From NCBI GenBank assembly GCA_026936335.1, contig JAPMXV010000073.1:162431-226430 (forward strand): a stretch of DNA of 64,000 nt. Reading direction: 5' to 3'. The DNA is from Mantamonas sphyraenae STR306 (lineage: Eukaryota > Protista > CRuMs). Below the pieces are notes generated by a model. That model was not told where the DNA came from. It ran no database searches and worked only from the letters and a program-made list of their open reading frames with translations. The position numbers were made by a program, and so were the translations under genes. Below are positions 1 through 11,043 of the stretch, piece by piece (the first letter of the stretch is position 1; every line of letters begins with the position of its first letter).

Positions 1-1170
1 TCGTGCGTTGAAGCGAACCAAGTTGAGGACCACGTCCTCGTCGTCCATCTTGCTGTACAGCTCGTCCATCATCATGGCGGACCCAAACAGCAGCTTCTCC
101 AACACCACACCGAGTTGAGCGCCATGAAAGGAGGGATGCACACCGGCCACCAACACGAGACATTCCATGGCCACAGCCGCGGCACTTCCCTCCAAGGACT
201 CTTCGACCCACTCGAACAACCGGTCGGTGAGTTCGGCAAAGTCGACCTCCTCCCGCCAATCTGGATGCAAGCGGATGGCAGCCATGTCCGATTGCACCTC
301 CATGTTGCCCTTTCCTGTGATGTCAAACTCCAGGCAGGCGATGATGAGGTGTACGCCACAGAGCCACCTGTCGTCCTTGATCTCGTCCATGGGATCCTCC
401 GGGTTGTAGTCCACCTCCTTGTAGTACGGATGGTCGTTGAAGCCAAAGAACACATCGATGCCACACAACATCAGCTGTTTGAGTGCACCGTCGCGGAATG
501 AGGCGGCTGCAGAACGGTGGTTGTGCGACGAGGACAGGCCACGTGCTTCGTAGTTGAACTCATCCACAAGCGCCTGAAGCACACGCATGCTTGTAAACAG
601 GCTCACTTCAGGATCCTCTTCCAACGTACGAATCACCTGCATTGGATACTGTCGGATGTCAAGCGAGTCCAGCCACGACAGCTTGATGATCCGCACCAGC
701 ATGTGAATCAGCGGCGTCACCACCTCTTTCATGGGTGGTTTCGCAATCAACCTGTCCAGAGTGGGCACTGAGTCCATGGGTGGGTGTCAGGATGGGTGGG
801 GGGTGTGCGGTGGGCGGTGGTGGGTGGTGGTGTGAGGTGCGAGAGCTGGGACGACGGACGGCCAGCGTCGCATGTCTTTACAGTGTGCAGAGACACACAC
901 GAGGGTTGCCAGGGTGCACTTACCCAACTGAAGGACGTCATCCACAGCATAGGTGTTCCAGGCGCTGGTCATATCGTTGGTAAAAGCGACGAGCGCCCAC
1001 TGGAGGGCGAAAAAGTTTGTGCTGTGAGTGAGGATGTCGACCAGCTGCTGCAGATTCTCGGAAGTGGCCAGCTCCTCCAATTCCTCCTCTGCCGCAATCT
1101 GCTGTTCTCGGCTGCGGCCGACGAGTGCATCCTCACACAACTGTTCCAACGCTGGCAAATTGTCGACCAT
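1..1170 (-). CDS. Exportin-7/RanBP16-like importin-beta family protein, divergent paralogue (3' end runs off the window); exons 1170-924 and 767-<1
   Basis: The N-terminus MVDNLPALEQLCEDALVG..AEEELEEL..LQQLVDILTHSTNFFALQWA resembles the XPO7 N-terminus. After a GTAAGT..CCTGAC..CAG intron (923-768) it reads VVTPLIHMLVRIIKLSWLD...HRSAAASFRDGAL, matching the XPO7 motifs 'ARITKLGW' and 'HRKIASSFRD'. The frame is open to base 1. Confidence 0.75.
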
Positions 1171-1241
1171 GCGGGGGGGGGGATGGTGGTGGAAGGTGAG
1201 CGATTGGGTTGCGTTGGTTTGGGCAAGTGTGGAGAAGGAGG

Positions 1242-3762
1242 ATGCAAGCACGTCCATTGTCGCCCATGGCACGGGTGAGCAAGGTGAAGCGGTCGACGTC
1301 GCAACGGACGCCGAAGCAGCTGGGAGACAAGGAGAGGCGAAGGAGGATGCGGGCAAGGGAGGAACGTCTTCAGGAACGACGTGCGGCGCAGGCCAGAGAG
1401 CAGGCAAGGGCAAGAACGGCAGAGGAATATCTGGGGCCCTCTGCACGTGGGTTTCGCATGATTGCACGTGGTCGTGTGGATGATAGGATGGCCAGGGTGC
1501 AACGGGAGGCGGAGAAGATGAGGACCATACAGCTGCGCAGGCAGAGGGAGATGTTGGAGGTGAGTGGGGAGTGGGGAAGGAGAGGAGAGGAGGAGACGGG
1601 GGAGGAAAGGGTGGGGTGTGGGGTGGGGTGGGTGGGTGGGTGGGGTGGCAGGGGAGGGAGAGTGGGGGTGGTGGATTCGTGGACGACCGTTGCCGGGGGA
1701 GATGGGGCCGGGAAACTGACATTCGGGTGGCTGGCACACATACACACACACATGCACACAGAGGGAGTATGCAGACAGGATGGCCATGATCCAAGCGGAC
1801 ATTGAAACAAAGGAGGAGAGGAAGAAAGCGGTGGAGGAGTATCGGGAGGCGGTGCAGAAGGACCGAGTGATTGCAGGAAAGATGCGGGATCTGAAGGCCA
1901 AGAACAGGGTGCAACGGAAGCATGTGGAGCGGGAACTGGCACTGGAACGCCAGTTGGAAAGGGAGCGACAGAGGGAGAAGCAGATAGCCAAGGAGGCCAA
2001 GCGGAGACGGAGGGCAAAGAAGAAGGAGGAGAAGGAGCGACGAAGACGTGCGTTGGAACACACAATCCACACCGAAGAACGGTTCATTCGGGAGGCGATT
2101 GCACGGAGGAGGAGGATTGAGGAGGAGGATGTGGCGACACGGCAGATACTGTATGGGGAGTCGAGCAAGTGGAAGTTGTACGGAACACATCGACTGCCGC
2201 CGCTGACGACGTCGATTGGGGCCCACGAGGTGTACACGGTGCAGCAGGTGCACAAAGAGGCGATGCGCGTGCCGGTGGTGGGTGGGAAGGGTGTGGAGGT
2301 GGATGCAGACGACGAGGAGGAGCAGAACAAGCGGAAGTGGCAGGCGTTCAAGTACAGCGTGTATGGGGGCAAGGAGAAGTTTGATCAGATGGTGAGCACG
2401 GTGAGGGAACTGAATGCGATGGAGGCGGAGGAGGCAAGGAGGCAGTTTACGCTGATGAACACGACCGAGGCAGAGATGGAACGGGTGGTGCGATCGAGTT
2501 TGAGTCGAGGCAACGCATCGCGTGAGGCAGAGCTGCTTCGGAGCAACAAGCAGGCACGGCAGGAATTTGTGGTGCGGCAACACGAGGCGAAACGGCCGTC
2601 GTTCAGGGGAGGCAACGCAAGCAGCTTCATTGTGGTGGAGGAGGACCATGAGGTGGACCTGGTGGGGATTGGGGATGGTGGGGGGGATGAAGAGGGTGGC
2701 GGTGTGCTGGAGGAGGTGTTGGCAGAAACGTTGGAGAGGATGCGTGTGGAGGCAGGGAGTGGTGAGGAGGAGGAGGACGGAGAGGACGGGGAGGAATTGA
2801 TGGAGGTTGCACCGGGGTACTTGGTGCAGGTGCAGAGGGGAGAGGGAAGGCGAACGGGAGATGGGCACAGGGAGAAGGGCCTGGAGGAGGACGGGGATAG
2901 CAGTGACAGCGATGATGAGACTGGGAGGAGGAGTGGGAGACGGACGGGGGATGGGGCCGGGGTGTCGTTTGAGAGCATGGAGGCACGGAAGGAAAGGCGG
3001 AGGAGTGAGGCAGGGATGGTGTTGCACACAGAGAGGATGGATGGGGAAGGGGATGATGGGTGGCAGGAGGAGGAAGAGGAGATGGTGTTGTTGGGATCGG
3101 CGAGCACGTCGTCGAGAGGGGCGACGGGAGTGGTGATGCGGCCGGTGGAGTCGGGGATGGGGTCGATGGGGAGTGAGGGGAGTGGGAGGGGAAGCAGAGG
3201 CGTGGGCAATGACACGCCGTTGAGCATGGGGAGCACGGGGAGTGACGGAGGAGTGGGTGGTGGTCGGATGTTGGGAGTGGGGACGCCTGAGAGGCTGCAT
3301 TTGAAGCGGGGCAACAGTCATGCGGGGCTGGAGGCGTTGATGAGGCATCTGGGGGATGGGCCAGGTGGAGAGGGTGGAGAGGGCGGTGGTGGTGGAGGAG
3401 GGAAGGGTGGGCGCGGGAGGAGCATGAGCATGCGGGATGCACAGAGGGAGGCGATGGGGAGGAGTGGGAGGAGGAGGAGCAGTGTGGTGGGGAGGGGAGG
3501 GATGGTGGGGAGGCTGGAGAGGAGGGGAAGTGAGAGTGTGTTGTTGCAGGTGGGTGGGGGTGGTGGGGATGGGATGGGTGGGATGTGACCGGGAGGGGGA
3601 AGGGGAGGAATGGAAGGTTGGTTTTGGTGGGTGTGTTGGGTGGGGTTTGGAAGGTTTGAGGGGGTGGGGCAGCTCCGCGAGGTGATCGTGGGACAGGACG
3701 AGGAGGAGGAAGACAGCGATGATGAGGATGAGGAGAGTGGCAAGGCGGAGGGTGGAAAGTGA
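1242..3762 (+). CDS. Charged coiled-coil / low-complexity protein of unknown function; exons 1242-1559, 1762-3549, 3673-3762
   Basis: R/E/K-rich ORFs are joined by a phase-0 intron GTGAGT..ACTGAC..(AC)n-CAG (1560-1761). A probable second intron GTGGGT..CAG (3550-3672) restores an acidic terminal exon LREVIVGQDEEEEDSDDEDEESGKAEGGK*. Confidence 0.6.
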
Positions 3763-3819
3763 CAGGAGCTGCATGAGCAGGCACTAGCGAGATGGTGGTG
3801 ATGGCCGGGGGAGGGTGAG

Positions 3820-4111
3820 GAGGGAGTGGTGGGAATGAATGTTGGTATTGGTTGGGTGGGGTTTGGCAGGGAGGGGTTGGTGGTGGGAGGGAGGGAGGAA
3901 AGGAGGGAGGTGGGTGTGTGTTTGGTGCTCGGATGCACCGGGTGGACCACTGGAACTTGCAAGTGGAACAAGGTTGGTGTGCAGAGGGAGGGATGTGACT
4001 GTGGATTGGGGCTGGGTCATGGGAGGGGCGTTGTGGAAGGGCAAAAGGAGGAAGCCGAGATGGGTGTGACGTGCTAGCGCTCACGCTGGACGCAGGACCA
4101 GTTGGTTGACC
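3820..4111 (+). promoter_or_regulatory. Conserved ~260-360 bp intergenic element, probably 3' processing signal plus promoter (representative copy; others at 6297-6577, 8715-8998, 10687-11043, 12995-13293, 14807-15074, 16964-17248, 19050-19346, and inverted at 29477-29745, 31296-31554, 33779-~34030)
   Basis: Consensus blocks are GAATGAATG, CTCGGATGCACTGGGTGG(A/C)CCACTGGAACTTG, ACAAGGTTGGTGTGCA and GTGACGTG..GCTCACACGGGACGCAGGACCAGTTGGTTGACC-ATG. The function is inferred from position only. Confidence 0.55.
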
Positions 4112-6296
4112 ATGAGCACACAGACGAAAGTGGACTGGCATTCACTGCTGCAGAACGGTGATGAGGAGCGCATTGGAGCGGCGTTGGCAGAGGCGGGTGA
4201 GGTATGTTTGTGCGGAGGGAAGGGAGGGGAAAGTCGTGGACGTGTCAGACGAAACGCATGGAGAGAGTAGGGTTTGGGACGATGGTTTCCTGAGATACGG
4301 GATGTGATCGCTGACACGAGTGGTGCAGCATTTGAACCTCGGGGAAAGGATCACGGACAATCTGGCAAAGGCACTGGCAAAGAACAGCAGCTTGAAGTCA
4401 CTGAGACTTCGCAGCAACGTCATTGGGGAAGAGGAAGCAGCCGAACTGGCGCAGGCGCTGAGGGAGAACAGCAGTTTGGAGCACCTGGAAATGTACCAGA
4501 ACAGCCTTGGCTACAGAGGGGTAGCAGCATTGGCAGACGCACTGTGTGAGAACAGCACCCTGCGGAGCTTGCACATCGGGAGCAACAGCATCGGTGACGA
4601 AGGTGCAGCAGAACTGGCCAAGGCTGTGGTTGTGAACAGCTGCCTGCAGGAGCTGAGCCTCGGCTTCAACGACATCGGAGTCGAAGGGGCAGCAGCACTG
4701 GCAAGTACTCTGTGTGAGAACAACAGCTTGCAGACACTGGACCTCAGCCACAACACCATCGGTATAGAGGGTGTAACAGCACTGAGCAAGGCACTTTGCA
4801 AGAATAGTAGCTTGCTGACCTTGGAGCTTTACCACAACAACGTCGGGCACGAAGGAGCAACAGTGCTGGGAAAGGCACTGTGTGACAACAACAGCTTGCA
4901 GACACTGGACCTCAGACACAATGACATTGGTGCAGAGGGAGCAACAGCGCTGAGCGAGGCACTTTGCAACAACAGCAGCTTGCTGTCCTTGCAGCTGTAC
5001 TACAACAACGTCGGGCACGAGGGTGCATCAGCACTGGCGACGGTTCTTTCTGTGAACGACACCTTGCGGACACTGGATCTGGACAGCAACGATATCGGGG
5101 ACGAGGGAACATCCGCGCTGGCCAAGGCACTGTGTGACAACAACAGCCTGCAGACACTGATTCTCAATCGCAATAGCATCGGTGCAGAAACTGCAACTAA
5201 ACTGAGCATGGCACTGTGCAACAACAGCAGCTTGCTGACACTGACTCTCGACGGCAACTCCATCGGTGCAGCTGGTGCACTAGCACTGAGCAAGGCACTG
5301 TGCACCAACAGCAGCTTGCAGACATTGCATCTCTACAAATCCAACGTCGGGGACGAGGGAGTAGCAGCGCTGGCACAGGCGCTGAGTGGGAACAGCACCT
5401 TGCGTCGCCTAAACATTGAGGGCAACGTCATCGGGGCCGAAGGGGCTGCAGCACTGGCAAAGGCACTGACGGAAAACAACAGCTTGCAGAGACTGGGCCT
5501 TGGGGACAGCAACATCAGGGATGAAGAAGCATCAGCACTGGCGCAGGGACTGGGTGAAAACAACAGCTTGCAGACACTCATACTCAGCAGGAACAGCATC
5601 GGAGACAAAGGAGCAGCTGCTCTGGCGCAGGCACTGAGCAAGAACAGCACCTTGCAGAGACTGAATCTCAGAAACAATGTTATCAGCGCAGCAGGAGCAG
5701 TGGCACTGGCACAGGCGCTTGTTGAGAACAGCACCTTGCAGGAGCTGGAACTCGCGGCCAACTTCATCTTGAAGAAGGGAATTTCGGCTCTGGCAGTTGC
5801 GATGGAAGACAATCGATCAAGCTGGAAGATTGGCACCGGATCCCTAGTGTATGATCCACTGCGGTCACTGTTGGAGAGGAACAATGAGCGGCATGTGGAG
5901 TTTGTGCAGTGTGGGGATGTGAAGAGGATGGCTGGGCTGAGGGAGTGGGGTGTGCCCGTGGACACGCTTGCTGCACGTGAGGAGACGGCATTGGATAGAG
6001 CGGTGAAACAAGGGAATGATGAGGTGGTGGAGGCATTGCGGGGCTGGGGTGCTACAGTGAGTGAAAAGACCGTGAAGTTGGTGAGGGAGGGAGGATGGAG
6101 GAAGGAGTGGCATTGGATCGGGTGGAGTGGGGTGGTGGATGAGGGGATGGAAGTGGCGTTGGTGATGAATGGGGAGGAGAGGGAAGTGATGTTTGAGTGT
6201 GGGGGGATGGAAGGGTATGAGGCGAGTTGTGATTGGTGGACGGTGCCAGATGAGGTGATGGACAGGGTGTTGGGGTGGATGGGCAAGGGAGGGTGA
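4112..6296 (+). CDS. LRR-ANK-C-terminal F-box-like protein, copy 1 (17 LRRs); exons 4112-4201, 4329-6296
   Basis: 30-codon exon MSTQTKVDWHSLLQNGDEERIGAALAEAGE, then a GTATGT..GCTGAC..CAG phase-0 intron. 28-aa RI/NLRC3-type repeats NxxLxxLxLxxNxIGxEGAxALAxAL, ANK-like TALDRAVKQGNDEVVEALRGWGA, and tail WWTVPDEVMDRVLGWM. Confidence 0.9.
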
Positions 6297-6577
6297 GGAG
6301 AGAGTGATGGGAATGAATGGTGGATTTGGGTTGGGTGGGGTTTGGCATTGGAGGGGATGGGGGTTGGGAAGGGGAAAGGTGGGAGTTGTGCCCTGCTCGG
6401 ATGCACTGGGTGGACCACTGGAACTTGGAAAGAGACAAGGTTGGTGTGCAGAGGGAGGGATGCGACTGTGCATGGGGCTGGGTCATGGAAGGGGCGTTGT
6501 GGAAGGGCAAAAGGAGGAAGCCGAGATGGGTGTGACGTGCTGGAGCTCACACGGGACGCAGGACCAGTTTGTTGAGC

Positions 6578-8714
6578 ATGGGCTCAAAGAACATGGATAG
6601 TTGGAAGGAACTACTGCAGAGTGGTGATGAAGAGCGCATTGCAGTGGCATTGGCAGAGGCGGGTGAGGTATGTTTGTGCGGCGGGAAGGGAGGGGGAAGT
6701 CGTGGACGTGTCACAGACGAGGAGGGGGGTGAGGGGAGACACGAACGCATGGAGAGAGTAGGGTTTGGACGATGGTTGCGTGAGATACGGGATGTGATCG
6801 CTGACACGAGTGTTGCAGCAATTGACCCTGTGGGAGAGGATCAGGGGCAATCTGATGGTGACACTGGCCAAGGCACTGGCAAAGAACAGCAGCTTGAAGT
6901 CACTAAACCTTGGCGGCAGCGGTATCGGGGAGGAGGAAGCAGCCGAACTGGCGCAGGCGCTGAGGGAGAACAGCAGTTTGGAGCACCTGGAAATGTACCA
7001 GAACAGCCTTGGCTACAGGGGGGTAGCAGCATTGGCAGACGCACTGTGTGAGAACAGCACCCTGCGGAGCTTGAACATTGGAGGCAGCAACATCGGTGAC
7101 GAAGGTGCAGCAGAACTGGCCAAGGCTGTGGTTGTGAACAGCTGCCTGCAGGAGCTGAGCCTTTGTTTCAACAACATCGGAGCCGAAGGGGCAGCAGCAC
7201 TGGCAAATACTCTTTGTGAGAACAACAGCTTGCAGAGGCTGAACCTCAGCCACAACACCATCGGTATAGAGGGTGCAACAGCACTGAGCAAGGCACTGTG
7301 CAACAACAGCACCTTGGTGACCTTGCTGCTCTACAGAACCAAGGTTGGGGACGAGGGAGCGACGGCGCTGGCAAGGACTCTTTCTGTCAACGACACCTTG
7401 CGCAAACTGGACCTGGATAGCAACGGCATCGGGGAAGAGGGGGCATCAGCGCTGGCAAAGATTCTCTGTGAAAACAACAGCTTGCAGACACTGAATCTCA
7501 ACCGCAATAGCATCGGTGCAGAAACTGCAACTAAACTGAGCATGGCACTTTGTGAAAACAGCAGCTTGAAGACCTTGCATCTCTACTCCAACAACATCGG
7601 TCCCGAGGGAGCAGCAGCGCTGGCACAGGCGCTGTGTGAGAACAGCATCTTGCAGACACTGAATCTCAACAGCAACGACATCGGTGCAGAGGGTGCACTA
7701 GCACTGAGCAAGGCACTGTGCACCAACAGCAGCTTGCAGACATTGCAGCTTCACCACACCAAAATCGGGGACGAGGGAGCGTCGGCGCTTGCACAGGCCA
7801 TGTACGTGAACAGCACCTTGCGTCGCCTAAACATTGAGGGCAACGTCATCGGGGCCGAAGGGGCTGCAGCACTGGCAAAGGCACTAACGGAAAACAACAG
7901 CTTGCAGAGACTGGACCTTGGTGACAACAACATCAGGGATGAAGAAGCATCAGCACTGGCGCAGGGACTGGGTGATAGCAGCAGCCTGCAGACACTCTTC
8001 CTCAGCAAGAACAACATCGGGGACAAAGGAGCAGCTGCTCTGGCGCAGGCGCTGAGCAAGAACAGCACCTTGCAGAGACTGGATCTGAGAAACAATGTTA
8101 TCGGGACAGCAGGAGCAGTGGCACTGGCACAGGCGCTTGTTGAGAACAGCACCTTGCAGGCACTGGAACTCGGAGCCAACTTCATCTTGAAGAAGGGAAT
8201 TTCGGCTCTGGCAGTTGCGATGGAAGACAATCGATCGTGCTGGAGGATTGACACCGGATCCTTCGTGTATGATCCACTGCAATCGCTGTTGGAGAGGAAC
8301 AAGGAGCGGCATGTGGAGTTTGTGCAGTGTGGGGATGTGGAGAAGATGGCTGCGTTGAGGGAGTGGGGTGTGCCTGTGGACACGCTCGCTGCACGTGAGG
8401 GGACGGCATTGGAACGAGCGGTGAAGCAAGGGAATGATGAGGTGGTGGAGGCATTGCGGGACTGGGGTGCTACAGTGAGTGAAGAGACCGTGAAGTTGGT
8501 GAGGGAGGAAGGGTGGAGGAAGGAGTGGCATTGGATTGGGTGGAGTGGGGTGGTGGATGAGGGGATGGAAGTGGCGTTGGTGATGAATGGGGAGGAGAGG
8601 GAAGTGATGTTTGAGTGTGGAGGGATGGAGGGGTATGAGGCGAGTTGTGAGTGGTGGACGGTGCCGGATGAGGTGATGGAGAGGGTGTTGGGGTGGATGG
8701 GCAAGGGAGGGTGA
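6578..8714 (+). CDS. LRR-ANK-F-box-like protein, copy 2 (16 LRRs); exons 6578-6667, 6819-8714
   Basis: Same architecture; exon 1 MGSKNMDSWKELLQSGDEERIAVALAEAGE; intron 6668-6818. Confidence 0.9.
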
Positions 8715-8998
8715 GGGAGAATGAATGGTGGCATTGGGTGGTGGGGGTTGGCATTGGAGGGGTGGGTGGGAGGGAGGGGGGAGAAAGGAGGGAGTTGTGC
8801 GTCTGCTGCTCGGATGCACTGGATGGCCCATTGGAACTTGGATAGAGACAAGGTTGGTGTGCAAGAAGGGAAGAGCGTGCAGCAGGGAGGTATGGGGCTG
8901 GGTCATGAGAGTGGGCGCTGTGTAAAGTGCAAAAAGGGGGGCCGAGATGGGTGTGACGTGCTGGAGCTCACACGGGACGCAGGACCAGCTGGTTGGCC

Positions 8999-10686
8999 AT
9001 GAGCGCACAGATCAGGAGTGTGTGGAGGGCTCTGTTGTGGTATGGTGACGAGGAGCGCATTGAAGCGGCCTTGGCAGATGCGGGGGAGGTGAGTTTGCGA
9101 TTAGAGGGAAATGAAGTCGGTTGGCCGTGGTGGGGAGTGAGGGAGGAGAGTTGCGTGAAATGTGGGACCACTGGGTTCGCAAGTGACAGCTGACACGAAT
9201 GATGCAGGACTTGAGTCTGCAAATGCTGGATATTGGTTCCGCCGAAGCAAAGTCACTGGCAAGGGCACTCGCTGCGAACAGCAGCTTACAGACGTTATCC
9301 CTCAGAATGAACGACATTGGGGATGAAGGTGCATCGGCGCTGGCCAAGGCTTTGGCAGCTAACCGCACGTTGCTGTCCCTGGCCTTGACCAACAATGCAA
9401 TCGGCGTCGACGGAGCAACAGCACTGGCACAGGCACTGAATGAGAACAACAGCTTGCAGAGGCTGTACCTCGGCGGTAACAACATCGGATCAGAGGGAGC
9501 AGCATCACTCGCCAAGGCAATGGATATGAAGAGCAGCTTGCAGATGTTGGAACTCAGTGACAACAATGTCGAGTCAGAAGGGGCAGCAGCACTGGGTCAG
9601 GCGCTGAGAGAGAACAGCAGCCTAAAGGCACTGGACCTCAGAAGCAACAGCATTGGGGCAGAAGGGGCAGCAGCGTTGGCACATGCGCTTTCTGAGAACC
9701 GCAGCTTGCTGAGACTGGACGTCAGCAACAACAGCATCGAGGCAGAAGGAGCAGTATTACTGGCACAGGCACTAGTTGAGAACCGCAGCTTGCTGAGACT
9801 GGACCTTGGGGCCAATGGCATCGGGGATGTGGGAGCAGAAGCAATGGCCCAGTCAATGTGCGAGAACAGTAGCTTGCAGACACTGCATCTCAGCAAGAAC
9901 AACATCGGAGCAGAAGGGGCGGAAGCACTGGCGCAGGCGCTGAATGGGAACAGCACCTTGCAATCAGTTACCCTTGATGGGAACAATATCGGGGCAGAAG
10001 GAGCAGCTGCACTGGCACAGGCACTCTGTGTGAACAGCAGCTTGCAATTCCTGGACCTTCGCATGAACAGGATCGGGATACCAGGGGCGGTGGCACTGAC
10101 CCAGGCACTGGATGTGAACAGAAGGTTGCAGAGACTTGTCCTGGGCTCGAACGGCTTCTTGAAAGACGGGACGGGAGCAATGGCCAAGGCGATGGAAAAC
10201 AATCGATCGTGCTGGGCGATCCACTTCGGATTCGGTGTCGATGAAGCGCTGCAATCGCTGTTGAAGAGGAACAAGGATCGGCATGTGGAGTTTGTGGAGT
10301 GTGGAGATGTGGAGAGGATGGCTGCGCTGAGGGAGTGGGGTGTGCCTGTAGACACGCTTGCTGCACGTGAGGAGACTGCGTTGGAGAGAGCGGTGAAGCA
10401 AGGGAATGATGAGGTGGTGGAGGCATTGCGGGGCTGGGGTGCTACAGTGAGGGAAGAGACGGTGAAGTTGGTGAGGGAGGAAGGATGGAGGAAGGAGTGG
10501 CATTGGATTGGGTGGAGTGGGGTGGTGGATGAGGGGATGGAAGTGGCGTTGGTGATGAATGGGGAGGAGAGGGAAGTGATGTTTGAGTGTGGAGGGATGG
10601 AAGGGTATGAGGCGAGTTGTGATTGGTGGACGGTGCCGGATGAGGTGATGGACAGGGTGTTGGGGTGGATGGGGAAGGGAGAGTGA
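8999..10686 (+). CDS. LRR-ANK-F-box-like protein, copy 3 (11 LRRs); exons 8999-9088, 9208-10686
   Basis: Exon 1 MSAQIRSVWRALLWYGDEERIEAALADAGE; GTGAGT..GCTGAC..CAG intron. Confidence 0.9.
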
Positions 10687-10892
10687 GGAGAGAGTGATGG
10701 GAATGAATGGTGGATTTGGGTGGTGGGAAGGGTTGGATTGGAGGGTTGGGTGGGTGGAGGGGGGGGGAGAGGAGGGAGTTGTGTGTCTGGTGCTCGGATG
10801 CACTGGGTGGCCCACTGGAACTTGGATAGAGGCAAGGTTGGTCGGTGGTGTCTGTGTGGGAAGGGTGATGGTGGTGGAGAAGAGTGTGGAAG

Positions 10893-11013
10893 GGAGCAGT
10901 GGAGGAGGGGAGCACGTGAGAACGGGAGGGGAGCAGTGGAGGAGGGGAGCACGTGAGAACGGGAGGGGAGCACGTGGGAACGGGAGGGGAGCACGTGGGA
11001 ACGGGAGGGGAGC
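10893..11013 (+). repeat. Minisatellite: four GGAGCACGTG(A/G)GAACGGGAGG units (two preceded by GGAGCAGTGGAGGAGG) upstream of copy 4
   Basis: Directly visible; each unit contains CACGTG. Confidence 0.85.
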
Positions 11014-11043
11014 TGACACAAGGGGATCCAGGTCGATTTGATC

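Noticed and set aside
787-3774. 995-aa Pro/His-rich minus-strand ORF (also 12272-14950, 9964-11793, 36772-40008, 49690-51219, 25653-26735 and similar)
   Set aside because: These are antisense shadows of G-rich genes on the other strand. Only the last ~80 codons before the intron (1170-924) of the first one are real, as exon 1 of the exportin-like gene.
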